Part shown: one piece after another, positions 59,382 through 64,000 of the stretch
Layout of the letters: each line of letters starts with the position of its first letter
Numbering within the stretch: the first letter of the stretch is position 1
Source: Eledone cirrhosa
Lineage: Eukaryota
NCBI GenBank assembly: GCA_964016885.1
Contig: OZ024746.1
Location: 32,488,001 to 32,552,000, forward strand
DNA length: 64,000 bases
Direction: 5' to 3'
Translations under genes and position numbers: made by a program
Notes under the pieces: generated by a model
The model's database searches: none
The model's input: only the letters and a program-made list of their open reading frames with translations
Told to the model about the DNA's origin: nothing

Positions 59382-62300
59382 GGCGACCTACGTAGTAAAT
59401 CGTATCATCGTGAGCTCCGCAAAGGTTTGTTATTTTCAGTTGTTTAAAATTGCCATTCATGGAAAATTTGTATTGTTAACTGTATATAAGTGCACATACA
59501 TTGTTATCTGAAAAGGACACCCAAAAAGATTGGGGCCTTGAGCTCAAAATTTAAACTTTTATAATTATCAAACAAAACTTTTTCTTTGAAACATCATGGC
59601 TAACTCAGAGTCACTCCTTTCTCACAAACTAACACCTCACACCGACACATCCATTGTAAATATTACTACGTTTGCCAACACTAAAAATATAAGCAGTAGC
59701 AATATTTTAAATTTGTCTCAGGCAGACATTCATTTCCCGCCATTACCAATGACTGCAGGTGTTAAAGCCGCCACCACCACCACCACCGCGACAACCACCA
59801 CGACAACAGAAACAAAATAAAAGAAATAAATTAACTCGTGATATCGAAATGAAATCAACCAAAATGAACTCTTCCACACCGAACACCACTGACGCCACCA
59901 CCACCACAACTGAAACTAAAATTAATAATAACAAAAATAACGATAACAACAACAGCAACAATGACATTAAGAAAACCACCCTGAGTTTTGAAAGAGTAGC
60001 AAAACAGTGCGAAGCATTTCAGGTAACTCAGGAGGAATTAGAAGAAGCCAAAAAAATTATAAAGAAAGATGGGTACAGGGTCAGCCTCACCCCCCACCTA
60101 ATAAAATGGAGCATCGGCGCCTATGCACCGTGTCTTATCGAACAATTAATATAAAATCGCGTCGAGTGGAACGGGCATTCGAGTCCCAAATCCCAAAAGC
60201 TTTGGGACATGTGTGGGCAAAAAAACCCCACATCAGACGTGGGCAGAAGTATGGAACCGTGGACCTGTTCTTTGAAACACCACAGGAGGCTAGAGAACAC
60301 TCCATGGCCCCATTAAGAAGTGACGACTTCACACTCGTCCCAAGCTATTGTGGCCAGAGATTCGTAAAGATCAGGGTCACCCACGCTCCACCGGCCATCG
60401 AAATTCCCTGGCTAATAGCTGCCGTCCTCGCCGGCATCGAAGCCAACACCAAGATAATCGAAATAGCGAAAGAAAAGCAGGAGAACTGGTCCGGATCTGG
60501 GATGGAGCTCCTGATCCAAGCGGATCAAAAAAGCATTGAGGAGATCCCAGAGGTAATAGAGCTCACTGACGGCAGCCACCTCACCGTAATTGTCGAGGGC
60601 AGAAGGCCTAGGTGTGTCGTTTGTGGTGAAGGAACCCACCTAAGGGCTTTCTGCCCTCAGGCTAAAAGGTGAGGCCACCTCTCTTACCCACCCCAGTGAC
60701 TCAACCATCAACACCACCAGCACCAGAGATGGCAGCAACAACTGTAGCAGCAACAACAGAAGCAACTGTAACAGCAACAACCCCAACAACAGTAGCAAAA
60801 CCAACACTACCACCACCACCTAACGCGCCAGAACTAGCACCAGCGCCTACACCATCCACCACGCCACAACCAAAACTAACGCCTGTGGAGGATTTTCCAC
60901 TCCCCGGCCTATCATAATTGGAGACAGATTGTGACGACGAGAAGTGGGAAACGGTATCAGGAAAAAAGAAAAAAAGAAACCCCAAAAGAAAAAAATTCTC
61001 TTCCTTCCCCTTCCAAAAACAAAATACAGAGGGAAACAAATAAATTAACAAACAAAAAAGTTAGGACAGATATGCCACCATCCACACCAGCATCACCAAC
61101 CCCATCACCCCAAACACCAACACCATCACCATCATTAACCCCTACACCACAAAAGTCACCTAAAAGCGAAACAGAAACAAACCCACAACAAACACAAACA
61201 AAACAAAACAACGAAAATGATACACACTACACAGCATTAAATTTGAACAACAACCAATTATTACACTACATCCAACAGAACACCAGCATCACAAAAAAAG
61301 ATTACACAAAAACCCAAAAGTTCACACCACCTCCACACATACAAATCACTCGCATCACATAGAAAACGTACATGACACTAAAACAAAAATTCCCCAAAGA
61401 CATCGGAGACTTCCGACAAGCACTCTCCAGGACGATTTATAAGGACATCCTTCCTGAGGAGGCCACAAGCAGTGAAAAGGATGGAGAAACCGTCCTTCCT
61501 CTACGAGAAGTAAGGTAAGTGGTCTTTCCCATCTTTTCCACTCCATTTCAACATGACCTCACTCAGAATAGGCAGCATAAATGCGCGTGGCTTGGGGTCG
61601 TCATGGAAGCAGGGCCACCTGCTCAACGACCTCAGGTCACTAAACATAGATGTAGTGGCCATCAGCGAGACCAGAATCTCCGAAGCACGGGTCTTCGCAC
61701 CGATCTTCGGCGGCTACGATGTGTACGCATCTCCCAGCAGTCCGGGATCGGGGGGAGGAGTTGCTGTGCTTTTTCGGAGAGGTTTGGATCTTGCCATACG
61801 GGCCATCTTCCTGGACCCAGAAGGTAAGTTGGTGGTGCTGGACGTGACGATCGGAGACGGGCAAGCTTTCAGGTTAGTGGCCGTCTATGCCCCGACAAGA
61901 GCAGGGTGGCCTGATTTCTTCCGGCGACTGGAGACCTTTCTTGGAACGTCCCGCTCTTTAGTGTTAGTGGGCGACTGGAACGGGATCTTAGATGCACGCT
62001 GGGACTGTGTGGGATTAGTGGATAGGGGAGGAGGGTGCAAGAGTCTCACCAACCTGCTCAGGCGTTTTGAACTGTCTGACAGGTACCGATTGGATTTCCC
62101 GAATGTGCCAATGTGGACTTGGACAAATCGTATAGGGTCATCCAGATCATATCTAGATAGAATATTTTGTAGGGAAATAGATAGGTCTAGCATAGGCTGT
62201 CCACAATTCAAGATAGTCAGCTACACGGACCACAAATTCGTGATCTGTGTGCTTGACTTAGATAGTCTTCATAGACAAGGACCCGGCTACTGGAAGCTAA

Positions 62301-64000
62301 ACGCGTCCTTACCAGCGCGCAAGGCCTACAGAGACCGGATTAGCGAACTAGTTAAGCGGGCGTTGACAGGGGCCATCGTCAACAACAAGTGAAAAGAGCA
62401 ATTAGAATAGAGTCCATTAGGTTTAGTAAGGCTTTAGCAATAGAGAAAAATAGAGCAGAGGGAGAATTAGTTAGAAAATTAGACGAGGCGCTTAGCAAAG
62501 GCATCGCGACCGACGTACTTGCGGCGAAATTGGCCCTTGACCAATTCTTCAATGCAAAGCACGAAGGCTGCGTTGTCAGAGCTAGGGTGTGTGCTCTCAG
62601 ACACGAGGGGACAAAAGCTGTTCAATGGGCCCGAGTGACGGAGGCGCGTCGTGGCAACAAAGCCACGATCCGGTCTTTGGTGGACCACGACGGGTGCATG
62701 CTACTCGATTCCGGAAAAATGTGTGAAGCTTTTCAGCGACACTTCGCACAGCTGTTCGGGGGAAGCGGCGGACCGGATCGGGGATGGACTTTAGTGTCTA
62801 CCTTGACGGACTGCCGCGGCTCTCGGCCACTGAGGCGGAGTGTTGCGAAAAGCTGATAACAGCCGCTGAAGTACGGGAGGCAATGACTGGCTGCACAAGG
62901 GGTAAATCGCCTGGTTTGGATGGTCTGCCCTATGAACTTTACGTACAAATGCCAGACTTGTTCGGAGGCCTCTTGGCGGACGTCTACTGCAACTGGCAAC
63001 AGAACGGAAGAATTCCCAGCTCTGTGACCCGAGGAGCGGTGGCGCTGCTGAGAACGGATCCGAACAAGGGAGATAACATAGATAATTTTAGGCCCATAAC
63101 TCTGCTAAACACAGAGTTCAAGATTTTGGCCAAGGTGCTAGCAAAGAGGTTGGCGCTTGTCGTTGGTGGTCTGGTGGGAGAGGCGCAGACATGCGCCATT
63201 CCCGACAGATCCATCCACGAGAACCTCCACCTCATGCGATACATAGTCGAGAGGGTAGCTAGGAAACCTGGCACGGGTGGGTCCTTGATCAATTTAGATC
63301 AGTCGAAAGCTTTCGATAGGGTCGACCATCGTTACCTAGCGGCAGTCCTGAGGGCGGCTGGCTTTGGGCCCGTCTTCAGAGACTGGATCGCTGCCATGCA
63401 CAGCGACATCTGCTCTGTGGTGAGAGTGAACGGTCACCTTTCGGAACCGTTCAACATCATGACTCTCGAGCCATTACTGCACAAACTGGAGACGTTGAGG
63501 GGCGTCCCGCGCGAACTAGGATGCGGAAGATCCGTGTCATCATATGCGGACGATGTCACCGTAGTGGTGTCGAGCGCCAAACACATCGAGGCGATCGGCA
63601 CTACACTAAGAGAATACGAAGCGGTGACAGGAGCAATGATCAACCAGGAAAAGTCAGTGGGCCTGAAGCTTGGCACCTGGAGAGGCAGGTCCATGCCGTC
63701 CAACAGCGTCGTCGGGCGCTGGACGGATGGACCGGTTAAATTGCTAGGGGTCTGGTTCGGTCCGGACCTCCAGACGGACACAAACTGGGACGAGGTGACG
63801 AGCAGGGTCGCTTCTCTCACCCAGAAATGGGCGGAGAGGAAGCTATCCCTGAAAGGTCGAGCGAAGGTGCCTAACGCGTACATCGCGTCCGTCATCTACT
63901 ACAGCCTGACCGTCGTACCTTGTCCTGAGCCCCGCCTGACTGCGCTGGAGCATTTGCTCTGTCGCTTTTTGTGGAAAGGACGCGCTCCGATGGTCAGGCG
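59381..64000 (+). mobile_element. L1/Tx1-clade LINE copy C (different subfamily), running off the window
   Basis: ORF1 from 59596 with CVVCGEGTHLRAFC. ORF2 from 61553 with an intact 279-aa APE (INARGL, ISET, GDWN, YLDRIF, TDH) and then a frameshifted RT. Confidence 0.92.

Overview
Repeat-rich, AT-rich animal genomic DNA. It is most likely an octopus or other coleoid cephalopod, inferred from microsatellite density and SINE/MITE types. There is a 200-N scaffold gap at 9317-9516, and most ORF-track entries are microsatellite artefacts. Real protein-coding signal: (i) an isolated 172-nt ZC4H2 exon with an in-frame TGA (286-457, -); (ii) an intronless rhodopsin-family GPCR (50395-51435, +); (iii) a young 5'-truncated Penelope-like element (PLE; RT plus GIY-YIG) with ~700-bp inverted arms; (iv) three head-to-tail L1/Tx1-clade LINEs filling 51.7-64 kb; (v) fragments of RTE-like, RLE-type, other PLE and Tc1/mariner elements. 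The strongest hidden signal is at RNA level. At least five unrelated families of short, often fold-back elements sit in (TA)n tracts and carry type I hammerhead ribozyme (HHR) motifs. These include one fully canonical HHR (18229-18315), minimal HHRs in PLE repeats, and a recurrent U3:A8 core variant (UUGAnAA...GAAACCGGUA). In one PLE family an element 5' end coincides with the predicted ribozyme cleavage site. A 3.5-kb G-rich 40-bp satellite has 160-bp and ~1-kb higher-order structure. All calls were made by eye; no searches were run.
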